A stretch of 44,450 nt of DNA from Octopus sinensis (Eukaryota): NCBI RefSeq assembly GCF_006345805.1, contig NW_021834900.1:1-44450 (forward strand), given 5' to 3'. Of this stretch, positions 34,214-44,450 are shown piece after piece. Within the stretch, counting starts at the first letter, position 1. Each line of letters opens with the position of its first letter. The notes beneath the pieces were generated by a model. It did not search any database. It was not told the origin of the DNA and worked only from the letters and a program-made list of their open reading frames with translations. The position numbers and the translations under genes are program-made.

Positions 34214-34455
34214 AAATAGTAAAGAGTGAAAAAACGACAGAAGGCTTAAATGTTAAAAAATATATATATTTGCGTCAATATGTCTGAAGAATATTAGAAA
34301 ATTTTTTTTATAAAAAATTTTTTTCTCTTATAATGACATAATTCTTAAAGAAAGACCGGTTTCGCATTTAGCTTTTCAAATTTCTTGTGACGTTACAATA
34401 TATATATATTTTTTAACATTTAAGCCTTCTGTCGTTTTTTCACTCTTTACTATTT
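34214..34455. repeat. Perfect 56-bp inverted repeat with a 130-nt spacer
   Basis: Arms at 34214-34269 and 34400-34455. Confidence 0.93.
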
Positions 34456-34462
34456 ATATATA

Positions 34463-34509
<47 letters not shown>

Positions 34510-34510
<1 letters not shown>

Positions 34511-34666
34511 TTTATTTTAAGCAGCAGAAAATTCAACAAAATCGTTACTCTGAGTCTCTCGTTGCCGTTCATCAGACAGTTTTTGCTAGCAAAAACTGTC
34601 TGATGAACGGCAACGAGAAACTCAGAGTAACAGATTTTGTTGAATTTTCTGCTGCTTAAAATAAAG
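34510..34666. repeat. Near-perfect palindrome (78/79-nt arms, no spacer) of a hammerhead-bearing repeat end
   Basis: The centre is GCT|AGC at 34587/34588. The arms differ by one substitution and one indel. Confidence 0.95.
34590..34639 (+). ncRNA. Minimal type I hammerhead ribozyme candidate, intact core
   Basis: CAAAA a CTGT-CTGATGA-A CG gcaa CG A-GAAA-CTCAGAG-TA-ACAG a TTTTG. Stem I is 4+5 bp and stem III is the near-palindrome ACTCAGAGT. The predicted cut is after 34629. Confidence 0.7.
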
Positions 34667-34735
34667 CATATTACTCTACCACTGGTATTTGAGTACTCTT
34701 TTTTCCACCTTGTTTCACATTTATGTGTTTACTCC

Positions 34736-34827
<92 letters not shown>

Positions 34828-34899
34828 CTTTACCTACAAAAGTGTGCTAACCCCTTGACTTCCAGAAAAAATGGATATTTTTTAAATAAAATTCGGCGC

Positions 34900-35520
34900 A
34901 TGCGTTCCTCAGTGTGTCCCTGGGAAAGTCTTCGAACACCTCCTTCATCTTGGCCTTCAGCATGGACTTGGTGCAGCAGGTAAAACGCTTGTTGTCTTTC
35001 TCAGTCGTGCCCCACACCTAGTAATCCATAGGTTTACAATTGACGGAGTTAGGAGGCCAGAAATTGAGGCTAAAGAAGTCGTAGAAATTCTCTGACAACT
35101 ACCTCCGACTGTCAACGGAGGTATGGCAAAGAGCCGAATCTTGCGGCCACACATATGGACTTCCAACAGCAACCTTCTCCAGCTAGTGTTTCACCACAGT
35201 CTCCAGCAGCTTTGCATAGCTGTCTGAATTGAGCCTAAGGCCCTGTTCAAATACGTGGGGTGGCATGATGTCACCCTCACTGAAAGCACTCAAAGACCAT
35301 CACAGTTTAAGGGAATTTGGTTTTCATGATACGTGGGACATAACATGGATTGTAGGCAAGCCACCTTATTGTTCTGGGTGTTAGGCAACTGGTCCTAGCA
35401 GAAGTCCTTTTAATCTGAGAAGAACCAGACCATCCCCGGCTCAATAGGGTGTCTCAGGTTGTTTAGAAGCTTCTTTGTCTTCGTCATGCGGTTCTCCTTG
35501 GCCTTAGCAATTGTCACAAT
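34900..35520 (-). mobile_element. maT-like (IS630-Tc1-mariner, DD37D) transposase relic
   Basis: WFFSD, NTQNN/RWLA, IMKTKFP.TVMV, SEGDIMPPHVF, YVWPQDSALCHTS and FWPPNSVNCKPMDY are present, with stops. Confidence 0.88.
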
Positions 35521-35545
35521 TTGTCAACTGCGCTTTTTGCTCGAG

Positions 35546-36041
35546 TAATACATACGTACATACATACATGCACACATACATACATACATGCATACATACA
35601 TACATACATACATACATACATACATACATACACACACACATACATACATACATACATACACACACACATACATACATACATACAAACATACATACATACA
35701 TACATACATACATGCATACGTACATACATACATACATACATACATGCATGCATACATGCATACATACATAGATGCGTGCATACATACATATATACATATA
35801 TGCCAATATACATATATGCCTATATACATATATACGCATGCATACCTACCTCCCTACCTACCACCTACCTACCTACCTACCTACATACCTACCTATCTAC
35901 CTACCTACCTACCTACCTACCTACCTACCTACCTACCTACCTACCTACCTACCTACCTACCTACCTACCTACCTACCTACCTACCTACCTACCTACCTAC
36001 CTACCTACCTACCTTCATACATACATACATACATACATACA

Positions 36042-36070
<29 letters not shown>
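35546..36070. repeat. (CATA)n-(CTAC)n-(CATA)n compound microsatellite
   Basis: Read directly from the sequence. Confidence 0.97.
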
Positions 36071-36072
<2 letters not shown>

Positions 36073-36859
36073 GGGACTTCCATAGGATTAAAACCGTTTT
36101 GCAACCTTCATGTAGTATAATTTCAGTATGCAAGACATTATCCATGCGTGTTTGCATTAATATGTATGCTCGGCATTATACAATACAATTGTTAAATAAA
36201 TATATTTCCACCTCTCGCACCTCCTGACTTTTGGCTTTATATACCTTCGCCGATCGGATCTTCCGGATTTTCAGTTACATAGGCACTTTGTGTTACACTT
36301 CTTTGGAACTGATTACTATGTGGACTGTTAGCCGACTCCGTAAGAAGAGCTTTATGTATAACAGCTGCACGATTCTCTGAATTCATATCTTGTGCTACAC
36401 ATTTGCACTCATACACATACACAAGCATACACGCGCCCACATACAAAGACACATACACACTGACACACACACATATACACAGACAAACCAACAAACAAAC
36501 ACAAACACATGCACACATACAAACAACACCATTTATCACACTTTGTTGACCTATTCGACGGCAGCAACTTAGTGTGTGTGCGTGTGTGTTTCTATGTAAG
36601 TGTGTGTATGTGTGTGTGTGTGAGAGTGTCTGTGTGTGTGTGTGTGTGCGCGCACGTGTGTGTGTGTGTGTGCGCGTGTGTGTGTGTGTGTGTGTGTGTG
36701 CGTATGTGTGTGTTGAACCTGCCGAAATAGGTTAATGTATGATTAGTCTGAGTTCTTTTTTTAGCCAATATCGAATTATCTTTAAAGAACTTTGATTAAA
36801 GTATATTATAACACTTATATAAGGTTATTTATTTATATAAGTTTTGTATATATTTATAT

Positions 36860-37465
36860 ATATGTATGTATGCGTGTATGTATGTATGTATGTATGTATG
36901 TATGTATGTATGTATGTATGTATGTATGTATGTATGTATGTGTGTGTGTATGTATGTATGTATGGATGGATGGATGTATAGATGTATGTGTGTATGGATG
37001 TATGCGTGTATGTATATATATATATATATATATATATAGTGTGTGTGTGTGGGGGGGCGTATATGTATGTTTATATGTATGTGTGTATGTATGTATGTAT
37101 GTATGTATGTATGTATGTATGCATGTATGTATGTATGTATATATATAATGTGGGGGGATGTATATGTATCTTTATATATGTGTGTATGTATATATGTATG
37201 TGTATGTATGTATGTATGTATGTATGTATATATATATATTGTGTGGGGGGGGGACGTATATGTATGTTTATATGTATGTATGTGTGTATGTATGTATGTA
37301 TGCATGTATGTATGTATATATATAATGTGGGGGGATGTATATGTATCTTTATATATGTGTGTATGTATATATGTATGTGTATGTATGTATGTATGTATAT
37401 ATGTATATATATATATAATGTGGGGGATGTATATGTATGTATGTATGTATGTACGTATGTATATG
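36860..37465. repeat. (TATG)n-rich compound repeat with G-run-anchored higher-order units
   Basis: G-runs occur at ~37051, 37152, 37245, 37329 and 37422. Confidence 0.9.
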
Positions 37466-37509
37466 GTAGTGTCAGTGCTTCTCTTTAACAGTTATTTAGT
37501 TATTTAGTT

Positions 37510-38013
37510 GCTTGCTAAAGGTTTGCAAAAACATGACCTAAACACGGGAGAGTTCAGAGCTTTTACTCTTCTTGTCGACTTTCTAGGAAACATAATTCTA
37601 CATAACCTTTTGTGGATTTGCAGAATATTCTTCTGCAGGGCTTTGTTGCTGTATTTTCATTCGACATGTGCGATGTCAAAAAGAATATTTATGTTTCTTG
37701 GGGATTCGTACACGACTTGTCTGATGCGTAAGCAATTGGTTTCCGGTGTCGGCTTTTTTAAGTAGAAACTGAGTGATACGATAGCCTAAAGCTTCCTGGA
37801 TTGATATCAAAATCTCTTCCCAGTTTTTCTTCTGCAATATTTCTACTTTTCTTTTATTTTTAATTACCGTAAATCCTCGAGTATAGTCTGCCCTTGAGTA
37901 TAATACGCTGTACCTCTGGAAAACTTAAACCTTGTGTATAATACGCACCCCTTCTCTAACTTGAGTCAAGGAGGTCTATATAACATCCTTGGTTTGTAAA
38001 AATGTATACGGTA
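37510..38013 (-). mobile_element. Possible pogo-like transposon remnant with TACCGTA...TACGGTA termini at 37865-38013
   Basis: Short inverted ends with repeated GTATA(A)TACGC motifs. The minus strand reads IAEEKLGRDF and RIPKKHKYSF, a weak pogo-like resemblance. Confidence 0.3.
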
Positions 38014-38228
38014 AAACCCTTTATTATTATTGTATATATAACATAATGCAAATGTGTAGCTTTTTTGTGCATTTTGTTTGCAGAAAATAAAGAAATAGCA
38101 GTAATAACGTTTAATAAATGTTGCTTACTGCAAGTTATGGATGATTCTTTTATGACTTCATTGCTTTTAGGCTTAGCTTAAGGTATTTTCGGTGACTGAC
38201 ATCACAAAATGTGTCTGAATAAACATTG

Positions 38229-38358
38229 CCGGACAGATAGAATAAGTACTAAGCTTACAAAGAATAAGTCCTGGGGTCATTTTGTTCGACTAAAGGCGGT
38301 GCTCCAGCATGGCAGCAGTCAAATGACTGAAACAAGTAAAAGAGTAAAAGAGTAAAGA
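38229..38358 (+). mobile_element. SINE family C tail
   Basis: GATAGAATAAGTACT...GGCGGTGCTCCAGCATGG..GTAAAAGAGTAAAAGAG. Confidence 0.85.
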
Positions 38359-38702
38359 CTAAGACTAGTCAAGTATCTTAAATGTTGGTACCAACGCTAG
38401 CACTGCAAATGCATTGTGGGATATTGTCTTGTAAGAGAACTCCGATTACCATATTTTTCTCAGTCTTTATTCGCAGCACCTTTGTATGATATATTTTCAT
38501 CAATGCCAAGGTATTTGAGTAAAACAGAAGAGATAGAAAGATCGTCGATGCACATGTTCTGGGTGTAGTGGACTGATTTTCCACGTTCAGTAATCAAATA
38601 GGAACGCTTCCTTTCGGAAGCTATGGGTTACGTAGGTATTACTTGAAGTAGCAGACCCTTACATGTAACCATATGAATTTTGTAAAAGAAATGATATAGG
38701 GA

Positions 38703-39012
38703 TTACGGAGATGTACTTGCATAGCAAGTGATTTGATCTGAGATCGTGTGCTGAAACGAAACCAATTGCAGCGTGGAAGGTGTTTGTAAGCCATTTAAGA
38801 AACACACAAAAGCCGTTCGATTCACTTCAACATTTAAGTTTAATTTGTCAAAATATTTTCGTTATATATATGTGAACTAACTGTTACTTTCTCAGACGCA
38901 GCACGGATTTTTGTCAGCGAACAGGTCGCGGTCTTAAAGCGACGAAAATATTTTGACAAATTAAACTTAAATGTTGAAGTGAATCGAACGGCTTTTGTTT
39001 GTTTCTTAAATG
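38703..39012. repeat. Two inverted copies of a repeat end (71-bp arms at 38792-38862 and 38942-39012, 1 mismatch)
   Basis: Read directly from the sequence. Confidence 0.9.
38910..38960 (+). ncRNA. Hammerhead-like fold with the core pair swapped to G3-C8
   Basis: TTTGTCA-GCGAACA-G-GTCGC ggtcttaaa GCGAC-GAAA-ATAT-TT-TGACAAA gives a 7-bp stem I, a 5-bp stem II and a palindromic AATATT stem III. Confidence 0.45.
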
Positions 39013-39476
39013 CTATAGGATTTAAACCGAAGGAGCATTTCCTTTGAAATATTTATAAGATCGGAGGCGATCGCTCCGCTTTCAGTTGTGTGAGGATTGT
39101 AGCTCATCTTTTTGTAAGCCTTTCAATGGTGGCTACAAGTGCCGAGTCTCCAGTAACTGTGTGTGTGGTAAATGCTTTCCTATAATCAAGTCTTATTTTC
39201 ACAAGGTTTCTGCGTTGTTTTCTTATCTCGAATAACACATCTTTGTATATCAAAAATTTTCGGCACATCCTTTCTTTCTATCCGCGTGCTCATCAGTCAC
39301 TTTGTTGATGGACTTACAATGATCCTGGAGGAATTGGTTGAAACAGCTTGTGTAAAGCGTGTATATAATGTTTAAGCAAGCAATGAACCGATAGTTTTCC
39401 GCCAGCTCCGTGATTTAACTCTGCAGCAAATCAATTTGCTATGTCAACCTTACCTTCCACAGTTCTTTTGAATATA

Positions 39477-39820
39477 TTAGGTTGTCCGGAAAGTCCTGAG
39501 CGTTTTTAAGCTAAATCTTTTAACACTTCATCGAACACGCCTGAAACGCAATGCAGTTAAAACTTTGGCATTGCTTGAAGTGTAGTGCATCCCTTCTTTG
39601 TCCTTGACTAAAAATAAATTTCTCTTCCATTTCAGTTACCCTTTATTGACATTTGAAATGGATAATCAAAAATTTCATATTCGCGTTGCAATGCTTTCCT
39701 TTTTTTTAGAAAAGGAGAAAATGCTGCGAAGATTTGCAAAAATATTTGTGAAGTTTACGGAGATGATGTTTTTGGCGAATCAACAGTTCGAAGGTGGATT
39801 GCAAAATTTAATTTTTCTTT
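39477..39820 (+). mobile_element. Mariner 5' end: TIR and transposase N-terminus
   Basis: TA|TTAGGTTGTCCGGAAAG terminus. ATG at 39658 gives MDNQKFHIRVAML (frameshift) RKGENAAKICKNICEVYGDDVFGESTVRRWIAKF, a mariner HTH. Confidence 0.88.
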
Positions 39821-39930
39821 CCTAACCGTACTTAACCACGATGCATGCTGGTTGAAATCTCTCTTTTCGTTCCAGATTTTAAACAATGATCCAAGACCTT
39901 CCTGAGAAGGGACTTTCTCTTGGTATAATT

Positions 39931-40343
39931 TACTCTTTTTACTCTTTTTACTCTTTTTACTTGTTTCAGTCATTTGACTGCGGCCATGCTGGAGCACCGC
40001 CTTTAGTCGAGCAAATCGACCCCGGGACTTATTCTTTGTAAGCCCAGTACTTATTCTATCGGTCTCTTTTGCCGAACCGCTAAGTGACGGGGACGTAAAC
40101 ACACCAGCATCGGTTGTCAAGCAATGCTAGGGGAACAAACACAGACACACAAACATATTCACACACACTTATATATATATACATATATACGACAGGCTTC
40201 TTTCAGTTTCCGTCTACCAAATCCACTCACAAGGCATTGGTCGGCCCGGGGCTATAGCAGAAGACACTTGCCCAAGATGCCACGCAGTGGGACTGAACCC
40301 GGAACCATGTGGTTGGTTAGCAAGCTACTTACCAAACAGCCAC
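39931..40343 (-). mobile_element. SINE family C, full length
   Basis: Head to the (AAAAAGAGT)n tail. Little diverged. Confidence 0.95.
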
Positions 40344-41198
40344 ATACTTATAAATTGGAAGCAAACTTATGGCTTTTACTGGCTCGCATTGATATTTTCT
40401 CCTGATAATGAAGTTTTTCGCTCAGAGTTCTAAATCCGTGCTTTAAAGTAATTTGCGTTTTCCCAAGAGCTTGGCAGGAATAATCACCATAGAGATTTGT
40501 TAATTTATGCATATTATGTAATTGGTGAAGTGTTAACACATTATTCCCCTGCATTATATTGTCATGATTACTCATCGAATATGACAACACAGATTGTTGA
40601 TATTTTCCACTTCGGTAGTTTCTGCTTAGTAATGCCATAACCTTTTGCACTGCAGTTGGTGTTTTTGAAGATTAAAAGCAGCTGTGTGCAGGAAAGCATT
40701 AATTGTTCTATAATTTATATCACATGATTCCATGAGCACTCTGGCACATGAAATTACCGATAACTTAACATTTAGTTGTGTGCACATATATATGTACACA
40801 CACATACACACACACACACACACACCGCGTACACACACATACACAAACAAACGTACACACACATATATGCATATGTATGTATATGTATAGATATATGTAT
40901 GTGTGTATGTGTGTGTGTTTTGGGGCTGGCCAGATTGGAGCAATCTCGAATATAAGCAGCCGAAATTGCAAAGATTAATCTGGAACTCGACTGATGAAAG
41001 AAAACTTCGAATGACCCGTCCTTGTTTTCTTTTGTATCGTCTGTCTGGATATTTTGTTGTCGTTTTTTTTTGTATCACCTAACTGTCTGGATGTTTTGCG
41101 TTCTTGTCCCACTTTTATATTATGTATATATATATATATATTATATATATATATATATAATATATAATATATATATATATGTTGTGTGTTGTGTGTGT

Positions 41199-41237
<39 letters not shown>

Positions 41238-41580
41238 TGTATATATAATATATATATATATATAATATATATGTATATATATATATACACACACCATTCA
41301 CATATGTATGTATATATATGGTATAAACACTCACAGATACACGCACACATACACATTCGTGTACATAAATGCGAAATTCAGACACATGCGCATACATGTG
41401 TATGAGTGTATTTATTCTATTTCTATATACCTGTGTATGTAGACGGGAGTGGGAATTTTTGTGCCTGTGTAAATCGAGATCGTATTTCAATTATCACAGT
41501 GACCCACATTGTGATGGCTATTGTATTACCTTATGGATATGAAATATGAAACTTAAGTCATCCACCTTTCTAAAGGCTGA

Positions 41581-41703
41581 ATATCGTCTGGACTAGTTAC
41601 TGAAGGACATGTATTGACAAAATGTCGTCTGGATTAACTGCTGTACGATATTTATTGACTGAGTGACGTGTAGACTAATTTTTGAACGACGTGTATTGAC
41701 TAA
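41581..41703. repeat. Three degenerate 41-bp tandem repeats
   Basis: Units start at 41581, 41622 and 41663. They share the CGT.T.GA.TA and TATTGAC blocks. Confidence 0.75.
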
Positions 41704-42397
41704 ATGTTCAAACTTGCAGCCATGATAGCAGGCTGAAGGATCGTGTTAGTGATGAGTAGTCAGTGAAACGTTGCGGTATCGCTCTATCGAATTTGTGTGG
41801 TAAATTAACAACTAAGAAATTTATTTGGCAGTTGACTGATTCCAACCAAAGTGCAGCAACAACAACCTCAGCTACAAGAGTGGTGGTAATAGGAGCTACG
41901 GTAGCAACAGTGTCAGTGACTTTAACTTCTATGCTTTGAGCAATCCAGGAGCTGCCTTGAGTTTTTGAAATATATATGTGTTCAGGTGTATGGACCGAAC
42001 AATGAAAAAAGTAGGAGGAGAAGAAGTGAGGAGTGAGCAGTAATAACAACAACAGCAGTAGCAGTAGTAGTAGTAGTAGTAGCAGCAGTAATAGTAGCAG
42101 CAGTAGTAGTAGTAGCAGCAGTAGTAGTAGTAGCAGCAGCGGCAGCCGTTCAAGAATTTGGACCTGGAGATCTCCATTTCTAGCGACTTCGAGGGCCACC
42201 ACCGAGTGGTGACGAGCGTCAACGAAGAGCTCTCCACAACAAGACGACCAAAGTTTGTTTTTTCCAAGGTCTGGGGTCTCCCGCCCCTAAGCCTTAGGCC
42301 ATCACCTAATCACCCTTACCCGTCTTGTTGCTTAACAACAACAACAACAACAAACAACAACAACCAACAACAACAACAGCAGCAGCAGCAGCAGCAG

Positions 42398-42735
42398 TGG
42401 AGGCGCAAAGGCCCAATAGTTAGGACAGTGGACTGGCGGTCGGAGGATCGCGGTTTCAATTCCCAGACTGGGCGTTGTGTGTGTTTATTGAGCAAAAACA
42501 CCTAAAGCTCCACGAGGCTCCGGCAGGGGGTGGTAGCGACCCCTGTTGTACTCTTTCGCTCCAACTTTCTCTCACTCTTTCTTCCTGTTTCTTGTCCCCG
42601 CCTTCCTACGCAACCACTGAGACTGGATGCGCATTCATCCATCCGTCGATGATTTCGGTGTCGGGTGTTGACCTGCTTTCTCTTCTGCGGGTCTTACGAA
42701 TAGCAAAGGACCACGTTTCGGACTTCTCCCACTAA
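42398..42735 (+). mobile_element. SINE family B, tail type 4
   Basis: Family B head followed by a unique tail ending GGACCACGTTTCGGACTTCTCCCAC. Confidence 0.8.
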
Positions 42736-42814
42736 TGGGACGAAGACCGCTTCACTCAACAAATAAACAAAGCAGCAACAGCAATAGTAACAACAATATC
42801 AGTGACATCACTAA

Positions 42815-43025
42815 GGCGGCAGAATCGTTAGTACGCCGGGCAAAATGCTTAGTTGCTTTTCGTCCGTCTCTACGTCGTGAGTGCAAATTCCGCTATGGTC
42901 GACTTTGCCTTTCATCCTAACGGAGTCGATAAATTAAGTACCAGCTGAGTACTGGGGCCGATTTAGTCGACTTACCTCTAACCCCGAAATTGTTGAGTCT
43001 GTGCCAAAATTTGAAACCAGTATCA
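42815..43025 (+). mobile_element. SINE family A, degraded
   Basis: GGCAGAATCGTTAG.ACGCCGGG and GGTCGACTTTGCCTTTCATCC. Confidence 0.8.
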
Positions 43026-43228
43026 GCCACATCATTATTAACAGCAGCAGCTAGTATCTATTTCGGCTTTTTTTAAACCTTCTATGTTCAAATCCTGCCG
43101 CGGTCAACTTTGCTTTTCATTTCTCAGTGGCCGATAAAATAGTGTATAAGTATTGTGGTAGACTAAACCCTTCAACCGAAAGTTGAAACAATTAGCAACA
43201 CCAACATAAACACCGCTACCGCCAACAT

Positions 43229-43270
<42 letters not shown>

Positions 43271-43284
43271 TGTATATATGTATA

Positions 43285-43514
43285 TTCTTTTATTCTTTTA
43301 TATGTTTCAGTCAATTGACTGCGGCCATGCTGGAGCACCGCCTTTAGTCGAGGGAATCGTTTCCAGGACTTATTCTTTAAGCAAAGAACTTATTCTATCG
43401 TTCTCTTTTGCACGAACCACTAAGTTACGGTGACGTAAATGCACCAGCATCGGTTGTCAAGCGATGTTGGGGAGAGAAACGTAGACACACAAACATATAC
43501 ACGCACATGCATAT

Positions 43515-43558
<44 letters not shown>

Positions 43559-43699
43559 CGACGGGCTTCTTTCAGTTTCCGTCTACCAAATCCACTCACA
43601 AGGCTTTGGTCAGCCCGAGGCTATAGTAGAAGACACTTGCGCAAGGTGCCACGCAGTGGGACTGAACACAGAACTATGTGGACAGCCATTCCTGCGCCT
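43285..43699 (-). mobile_element. SINE family C, full length
   Basis: Reverse match to 21246-21674. Confidence 0.9.
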
Positions 43700-43953
43700 C
43701 CACACACCACTTCTTATATATTATATATATATATATATATATACATAACATACATATATATCAGATATATGATGTATGTATGTATGTATGTATGTATGTA
43801 TGTATGTATGTTGTATGTGTGTGCGTTTTTGTGTGGTGTATGGCAGGTTTTGTATATTGGAATAGTATCATAACACATCCTTTTGATAAATATATCTATA
43901 TCTAATCATATCTAGCTATCTATCTATATATCTATCTATCTATCTATCATCTA

Positions 43954-44049
<96 letters not shown>

Positions 44050-44260
44050 CGTGTGTGTGTCTTTGTGTCTGTGTTTGACACCCCCACCATCACTTGACAA
44101 CCGATGCTGGTGTGTTTATGTCCCTGTAACTTAGCGACTAAGCGAAAGAAGCCGATAGAAAAAATACTAGGCTCACAAAAAATTCGACTGGAATCGATTT
44201 GTTCAACTAAAACTCCTCAAGGCGATGCTCCAGTATGGCCGCAGCCAAATGGGTGAACTA
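44050..44260 (+). mobile_element. SINE family C, 3' half
   Basis: CTTGACAACCGATGCTGGTGTGTTTA...CAGTATGGCCGCAG. Confidence 0.8.
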
Positions 44261-44312
44261 TGTATGCTAATTTGCATATTTTAATTAATTATGTACTAGT
44301 TTATAATATATA

Positions 44313-44450
44313 TCACCGTGATCACCGTGACCGACCAGGCTATCAGATGTTGTTACACATCGCTGGGTCACAATGCGCTTCGCATTGTTATCCTTCAAAT
44401 GACGCCACCCCGCTGGCTAAGCGAGCAGGCCAACAGAAAAAGAGTGAGAG
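44313..44450 (-). mobile_element. SINE family B tail type 1, running off the window edge
   Basis: Reverse match to 28430-28545. Confidence 0.88.

Larger units (their letters stand above)
38380..39470 (-). mobile_element. Second old R4/Dong-like RT relic, interrupted at ~38700-39012
   Basis: AENYRFIACLNIIYTLYTSC (NYRPI motif), RRNLVKIRLDYRKAF (RT domain 3) and RKIW.SEF..SHNAFAV are present. It is homologous to 15131-16330. Confidence 0.8.

Noticed and set aside
36237-36420. Non-repetitive end of ORF 36237-36539 (VAQDMNSENRAAV...EDPIGEGI)
   Set aside because: There is no recognisable domain or good splice acceptor, and its 5' part is microsatellite.
13079-37507. Long ORFs such as 29205-30095 (296 aa), 35521-36120 and 36982-37488 (YVCM/HTYI/LPTY repeats)
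   Set aside because: They are stop-free read-throughs of (TATG)n, (CATA)n and (CTAC)n microsatellites in all frames, not genes.
40380-40770. Minus-strand frames faintly resembling a Mutator-like transposase (ESCDINYRTINAF)
   Set aside because: The similarity is too weak to support without a profile search.
40985-41025. CTGATGA-AAG aaaa CTT-CGAATGACCCGTC, a possible hammerhead
   Set aside because: The first core strand and stem II look right, but GAAA, stem III and stem I cannot be formed.
41750-41790. GTGATGA...GAAACGTTGCGGTA, a possible hammerhead
   Set aside because: There is no convincing stem I or stem II.
42140-42330. GC-rich open frames between triplet repeats (LDLEISISSDFEGHHRVV...)
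   Set aside because: No recognisable homology or splice context. The ORF length comes mostly from the flanking CAG/TAG/CAA repeats.
3302-42735. All six head-containing family B SINEs are on the + strand
   Set aside because: The sample is small and a seventh copy (44313-44450) is on the - strand, so strand bias is not demonstrated.

Overview
AT-rich, microsatellite-dense animal genomic DNA, most likely an octopus (inferred from the SINE families and repeat landscape; not verified by a search). No host protein-coding gene can be supported. Nearly all ORFs in the track are microsatellite or SINE read-throughs. The only clearly functional genes are three intron-containing tRNA-Leu(CAA) genes (20560-20674 +, 23665-23777 -, 24869-24981 -), with at least one decayed paralogue nearby. 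The rest is layered mobile DNA: several tRNA-derived SINE families (called A-E here; some probably equal the published octopus OK/OR SINEs), CR1/L2-like, RTE and R4/Dong-like LINE relics, mariner (DD34D) and maT-like (DD37D) transposase relics, and a MITE with 31-bp GGATC TIRs, 8-bp TSDs and internal TTAGGG repeats. The most unusual signals are: (1) several hammerhead-ribozyme-like motifs, mostly inside near-perfect inverted repeats or palindromes, including a candidate with the C3-G8 core pair swapped to G3-C8; (2) SINE concatemers with one recurring head-less junction at several independent loci; (3) a young R4/Dong fragment joined exactly at the end of the conserved upstream flank of a tRNA gene. 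Coordinates of degraded repeats are approximate and were aligned by eye.
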